This document shows positions 1-11,908 of a stretch of 64,000 nucleotides of DNA, piece after piece. The stretch lies in assembly GCA_000004985.1 (NCBI GenBank), contig GG738847.1. One strand, written 5' to 3'. The notes beneath the pieces were generated by a model. It saw only the letters and a program-made list of their open reading frames with translations, had not been told where the DNA came from and searched no databases. The position numbers and the translations under genes were made by a program. The DNA is from Naegleria gruberi. Taxonomy: Eukaryota. Numbering within the stretch: the stretch's first letter is position 1; every line of letters begins with the position of its first letter.

Positions 1-3000
1 ATGAAGGATGACCAAGTGGTTGAACCAACATCATCACACGTTGTTGAAACCACTCCAATAGTAGTAAAACATTCACCTATTCATAAAGATGATTCTACAA
101 CAAGTGAGCAACAACAAGTAGATTCTACCACTCTGATTTTACCACCATCACAATCAACACCAACTATTGAACAAGTTATTACAACATCAACACCACCTCC
201 TTTATCACCACCTCCAACAACAACAATACCAATAGTAACATCAGACAAAGTTAACAAAGAAATCTTACCTCCTACAGTTCAAGAAGATATAACATTACCA
301 CCACCAATCACTACTACCAACAATGCTACTACTCCTCCTACCACCACTAGTATTATACCACCAACAATAGAACCATCAACAAGAGAAGTGACTGAGGAAG
401 AGGAAACAATTGAAAGTGATGAAGAAGAGGATGAAGATTATCAACCTTCTAAAAAGAAGGCTAAATATACAACATCATCATCTAGTACTACTACTTCTTC
501 TTCAAATGATGATGAAATTATAATTGATAAAGAAAGATTAGCAGAGGATGAATTACTTTCAAAAGAAAAGGAAATTTTGAAACAAGTTAAAGAAATGCAA
601 AAGAGAGGAGAATGGCTTCCACAAACACAACAAAAAATTGGAAAAGAACCAAAAATTAACACAACACATTGGGATTATCTATTAATGGAAATGCAATTTA
701 TTCAAAGTGAAAATGCAAAAGAAAAGAAATGGAAAATGTCAACAGCTAAAAAGAATGCCAAAAATGTTGCTAAATATCATGAACAATTAATTCAACTTGA
801 AGTGAAAAAGAAAAAAGAAGCAGAAGCTCATTTAAGAAAACAAGCTTCAAAAATTGCTAAAATTGTCAAGACTGAATTTTGGGATAAGATTAGAAAACTT
901 GTTACTTTTAAAAATCAATCAATTATTGATGAAACAAAACAACAATTATTAGCTGAAAAGAGAGATTTACTTGTTCAACAAACTGAAAAATTTACACAAC
1001 TCATTTCACAAGATTTAATTTTACAACCAACACCTTTACAAAATTCAAGTAATAGTACTGAATCAACAGCGACCACTACTATCAATGATAATACTAGTAA
1101 TAATAATAATACAGATAGTAGTAGTAACAATGATAATATGGATACAACTTCAGATGATAAAAATACAGCAACACCATCAGTTGAATCATTAATTTTAAAT
1201 AATTCTTCAGAAACTAATGAAGCAGAAGAAGAAGATTTTGATTCAGAAGAAGAATCAGATTTATCTGACGATCATATCATTGATTCTGATGATGAAGATG
1301 AGGATTATGAAGATGAAATTGCAATGTTACAAAAAGATATGGAAATGGATACTGAACAACTTCTTTTACAACATTACAATAAACCTCCACAAGATGAGGA
1401 GGAATTGTCATCACCACCACAACAAGAACAACAATCAGATGCCATTTCTACTACCACCACCAATACAACTACTTCCAATGATCATCATACTATGAGTGAT
1501 GAAACTCTTACAAATATAGCAACTACATCTGATAATACTAATAGTAATAATAATACTAGTGATAATAATAATCAAAATGATAATGCTAAATTTATTCAAG
1601 TAGCAGAGGATGCTAAACAATATCAACCAACAGGATGTACACTTCAAAGTACCAAAGTTAAAACACCAATTCCATATCTATTAGATAAAGATTTAGTATT
1701 GAGAGAATACCAACAAATTGGACTTGATTGGTTAGTAACAATGCATGATAAGGGATTGAATGGAATTTTAGCAGATGAAATGGGATTAGGTAAAACTATC
1801 ATGACCATTGCACTTATTGCACATTTAGCATCTAAAGAAGAAATATGGGGACCACATTTAGTTGTTGTACCTTCAAGTGTTTTATTGAATTGGGAAATTG
1901 AATTTAAAAGATGGTGTCCCTCATTGAAAATACTTTCCTATCACGGAACACAAAAACAGAGAAAGGATAAGAGAGTTGGATGGAGTAAACCAAATGCATT
2001 TCATGTTTGCATTACTTCATACAATTTAGTAATACAAGATGCTCTATCATTTAAGAGAAAGAAATGGCACTATTTAATTCTAGATGAAGCTCATCATATT
2101 AGAAATTTTAAAGGTCAAGCATGGCAAACATTGTTAAATTTTAATACTGAAAAGAGATTATTATTAACAGGTACACCATTACAAAATAATGTTATGGAAT
2201 TGTGGTCATTGATGCATTTTTTAATGCCACAAGTATTTCAATCTCATTCAGAATTTAAAGATTGGTTTTCAAATTCAATTCAAGGAATGGTTGAAGGTAA
2301 ACAAGAATTGAATAGAGAATTAATTTCACGTTTACATACAATTTTAAGACCATTCATTTTGAGAAGATTAAAGAAGGAAGTTTCAGAACAATTACCTTCA
2401 AAACAAGAACATGTTATCAAAGTTAGACTTTCACAAAGACAACGAAATTTATATGAAGATTTTATATCAAGATCTGATACGAGAGAAACTTTAGCTTCAG
2501 GAAATGTTTTTAAAATGATTAATGTTGTAATGCAATTAAGAAAAGTTTGTAATCATCCAGATTTATTTGAACCACGTCCAATTATTTCTCCACTTTCATT
2601 ACAACCTTTAGAATTATTATCAATTCCATTAGATTTTATTAATATCGATAATATTTATTATGGTTCTAATGAATATATGAATGATAATTCAAATAGATTG
2701 AAATCTTTACAATTTACTTTGAAAAATTATTTCAATTTCATTTTTACACAATATGAAATGGAAATGAATCATTATCATTATTATCAAGTTAAACAGTTAA
2801 AAATTCAACCTTATCAATCATTTATTAATAATAATCATAGTAATAGTAATCATATCAATAGTAATAATAGTAATACTAATAATAATAATAATCATAACAA
2901 TAATAATACTACCAATAATAATAATACTAACAAATCATTATTATTATTAGAAAATTTAACAATTGAAGAAGAGGAATATTTATATAAAATGTATCCTGAT

Positions 3001-4605
3001 TTAAATATTGATAAACATTTAGATAATCCATATTTTAAGAAACGTTCATTAGAAATGGCACTTGAAAGATATAATGAAAAATCTAATAGATTAGCATATA
3101 TGCAATTAGTTAATCAAAATAGATATAAAAGAAGACCTATTTATGGATATAATTTAATTAAAAAGATTGAAAGTTTATATTTAAATGATCATTTAAGAAA
3201 ATATCATGAACATTCTAATATTAGAAATGTTAATCATTTAGAAATGAGTAATATTTTATTAGAAATGTGTAAAACTTATCAAGATGTTGCTCAAGATTAT
3301 GATTTTGAATTGAATAATTTTATTTGTTTTATTCATCCAGCTAGAACAAGTGAAGAATCACAAATAAGAGAAGTATCAACTATTAGATATAAGAGAGATG
3401 AAATGAATGAAAATTCTAGACAATTAATTTCATCAACATTGGATTTAATAAGAAAACCATCTATTAGAATGCAAATGCATTTTCCTGATAAACGTTTATT
3501 ACAATTTGATTGTGGTAAACTTCAAAAATTATCAAATTTATTAAAAGATTTAAAGAGAGGTGGACATAGAATATTAATATTTACTCAAATGAGTAAAATG
3601 TTAGATGTATTAGAATCATTCATGTCAATGAATGGACATTCATATTTTAGACTTGATGGTCAAACTAAATTAGAAGAAAGACAATACATGATGGAAAGAT
3701 TTAACACTGATCCTAAAATATTTGCATTCATTTTATCAACAAGAAGTGGAGGTGTTGGTATTAATTTAACAGGTGCAGATACTGTTATATTTTATGATAG
3801 TGATTGGAATCCTGCAATGGATGCACAAGCACAAGATAGATGTCACAGAATTGGTCAAACTAGAAATGTTAATATTTATCGTTTAATAAGTGAATCAACT
3901 ATTGAAGAACGTATTTTACTTAAAGCCAATCAAAAAAGACACATGAATGAAATTGTTATACATAATGGTGCATTTACACCTGATTTTTTAAAGAATCAAA
4001 TGGAAGTGAGAGATTTATTTCAAGATTCAATTGATTTTTCATCTGCATTGAAATCTGCTGAAGAACAAATGTTAACTTTTAATACTACTACTACTAGTAA
4101 TATAATAATAGAAGAACTATTATTTCTACTAATAGTGATGATAATGATGATGGATCAAAGGAAAATTATAATGAAAAGGATTTGGATAGAATTTTAGCAA
4201 GTGCAGAAGATGAAAATGATGTTGAAGGTTTGTTTTTTAAGATTTTTTTAATTTTTTAATTATAATATTATTTAATATAAATAGCATTGAAAAATGCAAA
4301 GAGAGAACAAAATGAACAATCTCAAAATGATTATGCTGATGAGGAAAATGCAGAAGATGATATTATCAAACATTTATCATCTGTTGAAAAGTATGTTTAT
4401 TCTTTTATTTAAAATTTAAATTCAATTATAATTATATAATATTTAATATTAAAGATATGGATTTGAATTATTAACATCCATGACATTGAGAGCAGTTCAA
4501 CAAGAAATTGAAGAAATGAAACAAAATGAAAAGGAAAAGACTGAAAATTGGAAGAGTGAAATTGAAACAATTCAACAACCAAATGAAGAAGAAGAAGAAG
4601 TCTGA
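1..4605 (+). CDS. SWR1/SRCAP-type Snf2-family chromatin-remodelling ATPase, 5'-partial at the window edge. It has an HSA domain (KINTTHWDYLLMEMQF), helicase motif I (DEMGLGKT), a ~330-aa insertion that splits the ATPase, and a C-terminal lobe (FDCGKLQKL...DSDWNPAMDAQAQDRCHRIGQTR). The C-terminus continues through two introns at about 4228-4284 and 4391-4454, reaching a stop at about 4603-4605.
   Basis: The 1398-aa ORF 1..4197 matches the Swr1/SRCAP motif order. Exons 2 and 3 are inferred from GTTTGT...AG and GTATGT...AG boundaries. The frame changes near 4100-4140 (see findings). Confidence 0.85.
2821..2935 (+). repeat. AAT/AAC trinucleotide microsatellite encoding a poly-Asn tract inside the Snf2 ATPase insertion.
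   Basis: Runs of aat/aac codons in the sequence. The ORF translation reads NSNTNNNNNHNNNNTTNNNNTN. Confidence 0.8.
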
Positions 4606-4996
4606 TAATAGTTCTGATGATCAATCTTCAGAAGAAGAATCTGATAATGAAATCGATGATTTAAAACAACAAGAGGTATTGCATCAATCACAATTACACA
4701 ACACTGACACACACTCTATAACACTACCACCACTATTACCACTATCACCACCATTATCATCATTACAATTTAATAACGATATTAGTAATGATGATAAAAT
4801 ATCCTCCTCATCATCACGTAAACGAAAGAGTACACTATTGGAATAATCACAATTTCACTCAACTAAGTTTTTATAAAAATTTAATTTTTCACATAACAAT
4901 TTTACTTACATTTTAAAGTTTAAACAAGATAGAAATGTATTAAATTCTTTACAAATTAGTATACCAACTGCAATATTAAGAGATTTATATGGTGAT

Positions 4997-7687
4997 TTGG
5001 AAGAATTATTCATGACAAAAAAGAAGAATTCAATTAAGGATAATGATTTTGAATTACAACCTTCTATTTTACTTCCTTTTAATAATAATAATAGTATTAA
5101 TAGTATGAATATGAATAATAATCATTTGAATCATTTGAATAATCATATGAATGATGATAATAGTTTAATTCAAGTTAATAATGAAATAATGAATGATGAT
5201 AGTAGTGTATTATTAGATTATAGTGAAATTGGAAGTGGATCAATAGATGATATAATGATGTTTGCTGATTATCCTATTGTTAATAACACTACTACTACTA
5301 ATGATAACAGTTCTGATTTAACACCAACTAGTATTTCATCACCAAAATCCAATTCAACAATAACTGGAAGTACTGGATCATCATCTTCTAATGAAAAGAA
5401 GAAGAGAAAGAGAAAGGAATCTGAAAATTCTAATCATTTAACCAGTGAATCATCCAATGTAAATAATAATATCACCTCATCATCATCTTCATCATCATCA
5501 TCAATAACAACACCAATAACAAATTCACTATTAGAATCTAAATCTATTATTTTAATTGAACAACAACCTAAGAAGAGAACATCTAAATTAATAGATAAAT
5601 CACCTCTAAAACCATCATCATCTTTAAAATCTAATTTAAATTCTTCAACACAACAAGCATCATCTTCAACAACAATTAGAAGAAAGAATAATAGATCAAC
5701 TAGTCAAGATACAGAAACATTTATATGGACATTAGAGGAGGAACAATTATTATTAAAACTAGTTGAAAGACATATACATTTTAATAATTCTAGTAGTACT
5801 AGTAATAATTCTAATAATAATTTATCATTATATGAATCAACAATTGAAGAAATTAAAGAAGGTGTTAATTGGCAACATGTAACTGACATGTTAAATGAAA
5901 TATTATCACCCATATGTCCAAATAGATCAGCACAATCATGTTCTAATAAGGTTGAATTATTATTAAAAGAAATTCAATCAAGTAATAATTTAACTGATCG
6001 TACCAAAGATAGAACATTTGATGAATTAGTTAGAGAAATTAAAGAATTTAGATTGAAGAGAGTTTACAATTGTATAACTGGTACTTTTATTGGAACACCA
6101 ATAGTTGGTAATAATTCAAATTCAAATTCAAATACTTCTAATAACATATTATCAATGAGTAGTGGTGGAACTATATTATTACCACCACCTTCTTCATCCT
6201 CATCTAATACTACTACTTCTTCCTCTAATACTTCTAATAGTAATGCAATGAAGAGAAGGAGTAAAACACAAAATTCCATAACATCACTTGTATCCTCTCT
6301 ATGTATGATACATAAAAAGAAGAAGAAATCATCATCCTCATCATCATCAACAACATCATCATCGACAACATCATCAACAGGTAACAACAAATCAGATTCA
6401 TTTGTTGTACTATCAGCATCACAATCAAAGAAATTACAACCACCTAAATTATTAATATCCTCTACAATTGTTGAATCTCAATTAATTTTAAATAATATTA
6501 ATGCTACTTCTAATAGTAATGCATCAAAACATACACTTGATTATAAGAATACTGAAAAACAAACACTTACATTAAATTATTATAATGAATTTGAAAAGAA
6601 TACAAATATGGAAAATAATAATAATACTACCAATACCAATACCAATACTACTAATACTAGTAATATAGATTTAAATGATTCAGATAATAATTCAATACCA
6701 TCATCACCTATAACACCAACTCTAAAAACAATGAGTCAACAATTTGATTTTATGAATGATGATGAATTTGGATTAAATATAATTGGAATGAAAAAATCAA
6801 ATTCTTATTCTTTCAATTTTAATCAACAACAACAAACAAATAATAATAATAGTGGTGGTAGTGGTAGTAGTGGTGTTGGAACAATTGGACCAACTAGTCC
6901 ACAACATCAACGTAAACGTGGTACTATTACATCATCTAATAAGCAATCAAGTAATGTTATTAATAATACAAGTAATATGGCAACAACTAGTTCTGTAATA
7001 ACACCAATGACACCATTAAATACATTATCAAGTAATAATAATAATACTATAACCAGTAATAATAGTATGATGGGTTTATTAACACAACCTTCATTTATTA
7101 ATAGTAATAATACTAATATTAATAATAATACTAATAATAATAATTCAACAAGTAATGTTAATGTAGTGAATTCAGCAACATCTGCTGCAACTCAACCAGC
7201 AACAGGTGCATTCTTACAAAATAGAAATCATTTATTATCTACTCAAGCAAATAATATGGTTGTTGGAGTTAATGTTAGTGGAATTGGATCAGCAGCAACA
7301 TCAACAGTTGGTAATATTGTTAATCCTGCATTACTAACACCTGGTACTACTTATGGTGGCCAACATATTCAAAATGTTGGAACCTATTATGCAACTCAAG
7401 CATATACACGTGGATCAATTGTACCAACTATTAATCCAATGGTTAATACTTATTTACAAGCTCAATATAATGCTTCTTTATATAGAGCTAATGTTGGAAC
7501 ACAACAACCAATATATTTCAATCCTAATATTGTAAATAATATTGTAAATACCAATAATACAAATGTACACACCATCAATAATCCAACCAATGCAGCAACT
7601 CAACCTGCAACTAGTCGACAATCAACAAGTAATTCTTTTGCTCCAAGTTTTTTCATGAATCAAAATAATCAAAACAAGAAACAATAA
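4997..7687 (+). CDS. Low-complexity S/N/T-rich protein with a Myb/SANT-like domain (FIWTLEEEQLLLKLVERH...VNWQHVTDML). The first ATG is at about 5012.
   Basis: 896-aa ORF. The W...W...W spacing resembles a SANT/Myb fold. It could instead be the 3' part of the upstream Snf2 gene (see findings). Confidence 0.5.
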   Translation: MEELFMTKKKNSIKDNDFELQPSILLPFNNNNSINSMNMNNNHLNHLNNHMNDDNSLIQVNNEIMNDDSSVLLDYSEIGSGSIDDIMMFADYPIVNNTTTTNDNSSDLTPTSISSPKSNSTITGSTGSSSSNEKKKRKRKESENSNHLTSESSNVNNNITSSSSSSSSSITTPITNSLLESKSIILIEQQPKKRTSKLIDKSPLKPSSSLKSNLNSSTQQASSSTTIRRKNNRSTSQDTETFIWTLEEEQLLLKLVERHIHFNNSSSTSNNSNNNLSLYESTIEEIKEGVNWQHVTDMLNEILSPICPNRSAQSCSNKVELLLKEIQSSNNLTDRTKDRTFDELVREIKEFRLKRVYNCITGTFIGTPIVGNNSNSNSNTSNNILSMSSGGTILLPPPSSSSSNTTTSSSNTSNSNAMKRRSKTQNSITSLVSSLCMIHKKKKKSSSSSSSTTSSSTTSSTGNNKSDSFVVLSASQSKKLQPPKLLISSTIVESQLILNNINATSNSNASKHTLDYKNTEKQTLTLNYYNEFEKNTNMENNNNTTNTNTNTTNTSNIDLNDSDNNSIPSSPITPTLKTMSQQFDFMNDDEFGLNIIGMKKSNSYSFNFNQQQQTNNNNSGGSGSSGVGTIGPTSPQHQRKRGTITSSNKQSSNVINNTSNMATTSSVITPMTPLNTLSSNNNNTITSNNSMMGLLTQPSFINSNNTNINNNTNNNNSTSNVNVVNSATSAATQPATGAFLQNRNHLLSTQANNMVVGVNVSGIGSAATSTVGNIVNPALLTPGTTYGGQHIQNVGTYYATQAYTRGSIVPTINPMVNTYLQAQYNASLYRANVGTQQPIYFNPNIVNNIVNTNNTNVHTINNPTNAATQPATSRQSTSNSFAPSFFMNQNNQNKKQ

Positions 7688-7789
7688 ATTGATTGTCATC
7701 TTTTCTTTAAATAAACTTTGAGCATATGAATAGATTCGTAGTTAAATGGAGAATAAAAAGCATTACCAAATCTTTTCTTTAAATAATCT

Positions 7790-9155
7790 TTATTGTTTAG
7801 TAGTAGCATTTTCAAATCTTTGAACAAGTCTTTGATTTTGACCACTGTGTGGCTTCTTTTCAAGTCTCTTATCCAGCAATGACTTGGCAATTGGATGATT
7901 TTCCTTGTTTGGTGAATTGAAAATGGCATGAAGGAATAAAAGTTCAAATACATCTCTTTGAGCATTAGATCCACCAATTAAATGAGTCTTTCCAGGGAGA
8001 ATGACATCTTTGAGTAATTGAATAGTTTCATCAAATTTAGAATCATTAAAAGCATTAATTGCCTTACAAATTGGAATACCAACTTGTTGATGAACAAGAG
8101 CACAAGTATGATTAACATCATTAGATTTGGAATTTGTATAATTTTCCAATGATTGAATATGTGAATTAATAATTTCTTCATGAATTAATCTATTATTAAA
8201 TACCATTGTAATATGAGCATCATTAAAAGATAAAGCATGACTATGAATAATATTTTTCCATTGATTTCTAACCTTTTCCCATCTATTATCATTCTTTTCA
8301 ATCATACCTTCTAAATATAATCTAAATAATAAAGCAGAAGCATCAACTAAATCTAATGGAGTAATTGACTCGATGAAAATTGAAATCTTTTCATCATAAA
8401 TTTTTAAAATTTCATCCTTTTTTCCTTGATCCATTAAATATAAACAGAAATGCCACCACATATGACATGCTAATGCTTGACAATTAGCCCAATTATTTTC
8501 TTCTAATTTCATAAATTCAATTCCTTTTTGAATTTCACCTCTCATTTCATTAATATGAACAATTGCATGTAATGCCCATGCATCATCTTGATTAATTTCA
8601 ATAGCTTTAATTGCTGCTTTCATACCTTCATCATATCTATGTACTTCTTCTAATCCAAATGCTTTTTATATTAAATAAAATTAAAAATTAAATTAAAAAT
8701 ATTTAATAATATTTAATAAAATAAAAAATAAAAAATAACCCACCTAACATTCCCATAAAATAACCATATAATTCCATAGGTACATGATCATCTTGTTCAT
8801 AAATATTTAAATGTTTTTCAACACTTGAACAAATATTATTAGATTGACCAAGATAGAAATAAGCATCATGTGCAAATTTAAGTGCAATTACATCTAATGA
8901 ATCAATTTTTAATAATTCTTCCCATATTTCAGTAGCATTAATATATCTACCTTCTCTCCATGATTCTAATGCTTTAATATGAAGAATTTCAATTTCATTT
9001 TCACTTTTTAATTCTTTTAAAAATTTTAATTTTTTTAAATAATTTTCATTATCTAAAAATAGATCAGTTCTTAATAATTCACTTCCTAATTCAATCACTC
9101 TTGCCATTACATTTAATGGTTCTTCTTTTAATGTTTTTTCAAGTGTTTCTGTCAT
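7790..9155 (-). CDS. ttc38: Tetratricopeptide repeat protein 38 (TTC38) homolog. Exons lie at about 8744-9155 and 7790-8661, with an 82-nt intron (GTGGGT...AAAAAG).
   Basis: ORFs 8703..9155 and 7790..8623 join through an AT-rich intron. The conserved TTC38 signature is ALACHMWWHFCLY...DASALLFRL. Confidence 0.75.
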
Positions 9156-9225
9156 TGAATTCTTCCATCCAATGTACTTTTATGATCATGATGATTATAT
9201 GTATACTTAATTGTATTGTTATTAC

Positions 9226-9505
9226 NNNNNNNNNNNNNNNNNNNNNNNNNNNNNNNNNNNNNNNNNNNNNNNNNNNNNNNNNNNNNNNNNNNNNNNNNNN
9301 NNNNNNNNNNNNNNNNNNNNNNNNNNNNNNNNNNNNNNNNNNNNNNNNNNNNNNNNNNNNNNNNNNNNNNNNNNNNNNNNNNNNNNNNNNNNNNNNNNNN
9401 NNNNNNNNNNNNNNNNNNNNNNNNNNNNNNNNNNNNNNNNNNNNNNNNNNNNNNNNNNNNNNNNNNNNNNNNNNNNNNNNNNNNNNNNNNNNNNNNNNNN
9501 NNNNN
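9226..9505. other. Assembly gap, a run of 280 N.
   Basis: Literal n characters in the sequence. Confidence 1.
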
Positions 9506-9660
9506 TCCAACATACACACTCCTCAAAGATAAAATATCTTAATCACTCCCAATTTTAATCAATGATTATTATCCACACTGTACTACTACTACTACTTGAA
9601 GAGATTACCATTAAATTAAATAATATTAATATATTCAATTATAAAATTCAATTAAAAAAA

Positions 9661-10378
9661 ATGTTGTCCAAATTTAAAAACTGTTTAAACATTTCTTCTT
9701 CTTCAAGAAACAAATTCATTCAATCATCACTATGTAAATTAAATAATACCACCAATAATATTACCAATAATAATAATATTTATCGTTCATTTACCATTAC
9801 TAATTCAACATTCTCTTCTTCTTCCGATAATAATTCATCATCATCATCATTTACATCACAACAACAATTAGAACAATTAAATAATAACAATTCATCTCCA
9901 TCATCCAATAATAATAATTCTAATAATTCTTCTAATAATAATAATTCTTCTTCTAATCATACATTTTCATTAGAAGATTTAGATAAAGTAAAAGAAGAAT
10001 TAATTAAAAATTTATTAGAAATTGATTCTAATTCATCAGTTCCATTACCATCACCTGGTAAATCATCTGGTGATCAATCAATTGATGAAGCAACTAAACA
10101 ATGGAGATTAACAAATACTAAAGATGATGAAAATTTACAAAAATTATTTAAATCAACAAAACAAAAAGCATCAACTTCTTTATTAGAACAATCTCAATTA
10201 AATAGTAATATTAATGATATGGAAAATGATGATTTTGAAGTTGGTGTTGATAAAGATGAATTTTCTAAATATGTTAATCCATTCAATCCTGAAACACAAG
10301 AAGTTAATGGTCCAAAAAGGTGCTGAACCTACTAGATTTGGTGATTGGGAAAGAAGTGGAAGATGTGTTGATTTTTAA
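9661..10378 (+). CDS. sdhaf4: SDHAF4 / DUF1674 (succinate dehydrogenase assembly factor 4) homolog. The N-terminus is poly-N/S-rich. The conserved C-terminal motif GPKGAEPTRFGDWERSGRCVDF is reached only after a 1-nt frameshift near 10315.
   Basis: The C-terminus matches the SDHAF4 consensus EPTRYGDWERKGRCIDF when the A-run at about 10311-10316 is read with one fewer A. The ORF track ends the frame early at ...GPKRC*. Confidence 0.7.
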
Positions 10379-10492
10379 AATATTTTAAAAATTATATTAT
10401 ATTAATAATACCCTTTTTTATTAAAATAATAATATTTATAATTAAAATAAATATTATAAAAATATAATATAATAAATATAATAATAATAAAA

Positions 10493-11908
10493 TTATTCAT
10501 TAACTTTTGAAACAATTCTCTTAAATCTCATAATATTTAATTTTTCAAAAATGAATTTAAATAAAATGGTAACCTTATTAACTCTCTTTTTAAAACCAAT
10601 TCTTGCCATACCTTCACTATACTTGTTAATTCTTTCAAATGATAATTTAGAATCTTGTTCATATAATTGTAATGCTTGATTAGTTAATCCATGTTCATTT
10701 AATTGAATACATAATTGAATTGCATCATGAATAGCAACATTACCACGTTGAAATAATGTTGGATCAACACTGTGTGCTACTCCACCAATTGCAACTATAT
10801 TACCATTGGCACTATTATTATTACCAGTATTATTATTACTGCTAGTATTACTAGTATTATTCTTATTAATATTACTAGTATTATTATTATTAATATTAAA
10901 AGGAATAAATAAATTCTTCAATTCATGATCATATGAAATTTGAGAATGTGCAATGGTATGAATTCTATTTCTAGAATAAACGTATTGTCTAATAATATCA
11001 ATAACACTATCAACACCATTATCTCTTAAATTAGTATGAATCTTATTAACGAAATGAAGTGAATTTGTAGAATTTCTTTCCATTCCTAATGCAGAATGTT
11101 TTGGAATGTATTGAATTGAATGAATTCCTAATTGTTGATTTGATAAAGGTATAATTGCTAATCTACTTGAATTATTCCACCATTCAAATAATCTATTTTC
11201 ATAATCAATATCAGAAGGTGAAGGTAAAATAATTGTATCACATTCATAATTTCTAGATTTTAAAATTAATTCATTTCCTAATTTAGTTTGTAAATATTTA
11301 ACAGATTGTGATTGTGAAATATCATCTTCTGCTGCAACAAGTAAATCAACATGACGTTTTGTAATTGATTTTTTAGTTGAAAGTGAAATTCTATTACCAT
11401 TTTCATTAATATTTCTAATATTATCATTAATTAAATTAATATTTGATAATTTTTGTAATTTATCATTTAATAATTTTAATAAATAACTTTTTTGACATGA
11501 ATATAAACATGGTGGTGTTGTATTTTTTAAATCCATAACTGTTAATGCATTACGTATATCTGCACGTATTAAATGATAATGTGTTAATTTAATTACATTT
11601 TTAGATTGTTTTAAATCAATTTCACAATATTCATTCAATAATTCAATACTTTTATGTGATAATACTAATATTTCATCTTTAATATCTTCACTTGTTGTAT
11701 ATATATCAATTATACTTTGTGGTTCTTTTAATGAATATGCAATTGAAAATACTAATCCTTCAATAGTTTGTCCACTTACACCAATATGTTGTTGTTGTTG
11801 TTTTTTATTATTATTATTATTAGTTGTATTAGTAGTTGTATTAGTATGAGTTGTAGTAGTAGTATTAGTAGTAGAAGTAGATGAAGGCTTTGGTGCATAG
11901 ACTCTCAA
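10493..11908 (-). CDS. Divergent flavoprotein-monooxygenase-like protein (UbiH/COQ6-type fold). It carries a GGVAHSVDPTLFQRGNVAIHDA motif that resembles GDAAHxxxPxxGQGxNxxxxDA, and a degenerate N-terminal dinucleotide-binding motif.
   Basis: Motif resemblance only. An upstream ATG at about 12055-12057 encodes a mitochondrial-presequence-like MKSLRLLRHSAHSML, but it is out of frame (see findings). Confidence 0.35.
   Translation of the reverse strand: MRVYAPKPSSTSTTNTTTTTHTNTTTNTTNNNNNKKQQQQHIGVSGQTIEGLVFSIAYSLKEPQSIIDIYTTSEDIKDEILVLSHKSIELLNEYCEIDLKQSKNVIKLTHYHLIRADIRNALTVMDLKNTTPPCLYSCQKSYLLKLLNDKLQKLSNINLINDNIRNINENGNRISLSTKKSITKRHVDLLVAAEDDISQSQSVKYLQTKLGNELILKSRNYECDTIILPSPSDIDYENRLFEWWNNSSRLAIIPLSNQQLGIHSIQYIPKHSALGMERNSTNSLHFVNKIHTNLRDNGVDSVIDIIRQYVYSRNRIHTIAHSQISYDHELKNLFIPFNINNNNTSNINKNNTSNTSSNNNTGNNNSANGNIVAIGGVAHSVDPTLFQRGNVAIHDAIQLCIQLNEHGLTNQALQLYEQDSKLSFERINKYSEGMARIGFKKRVNKVTILFKFIFEKLNIMRFKRIVSKVNE
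10795..10905 (-). repeat. Coding trinucleotide repeat (AAT/ACT class) that gives a poly-N/T/S tract in the monooxygenase-like gene.
   Basis: Visible tandem tattattatta / tactagtattatt runs. Confidence 0.7.

Noticed and set aside
441-1647. Short ORFs antisense to or overlapping the Snf2 gene (441..662 minus, 1217..1495 plus, 1435..1647 minus).
   Set aside because: Low-complexity repeats keep alternative frames open by chance. They have no start or splice context and lie fully inside a well-supported CDS.
4526-4846. 106-aa plus-strand ORF downstream of the Snf2 gene.
   Set aside because: It overlaps the inferred terminal exon of the Snf2 gene in a different frame. The frame through the GTATGT...AG introns ends at about 4605 and is better supported.
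9101-9558. ORFs containing long runs of X (9101..9532, 9139..9519, 9152..9526, 9211..9558, 9216..9542) and the same at 13535..14023.
   Set aside because: They are translations across N-run assembly gaps and not real coding sequence.
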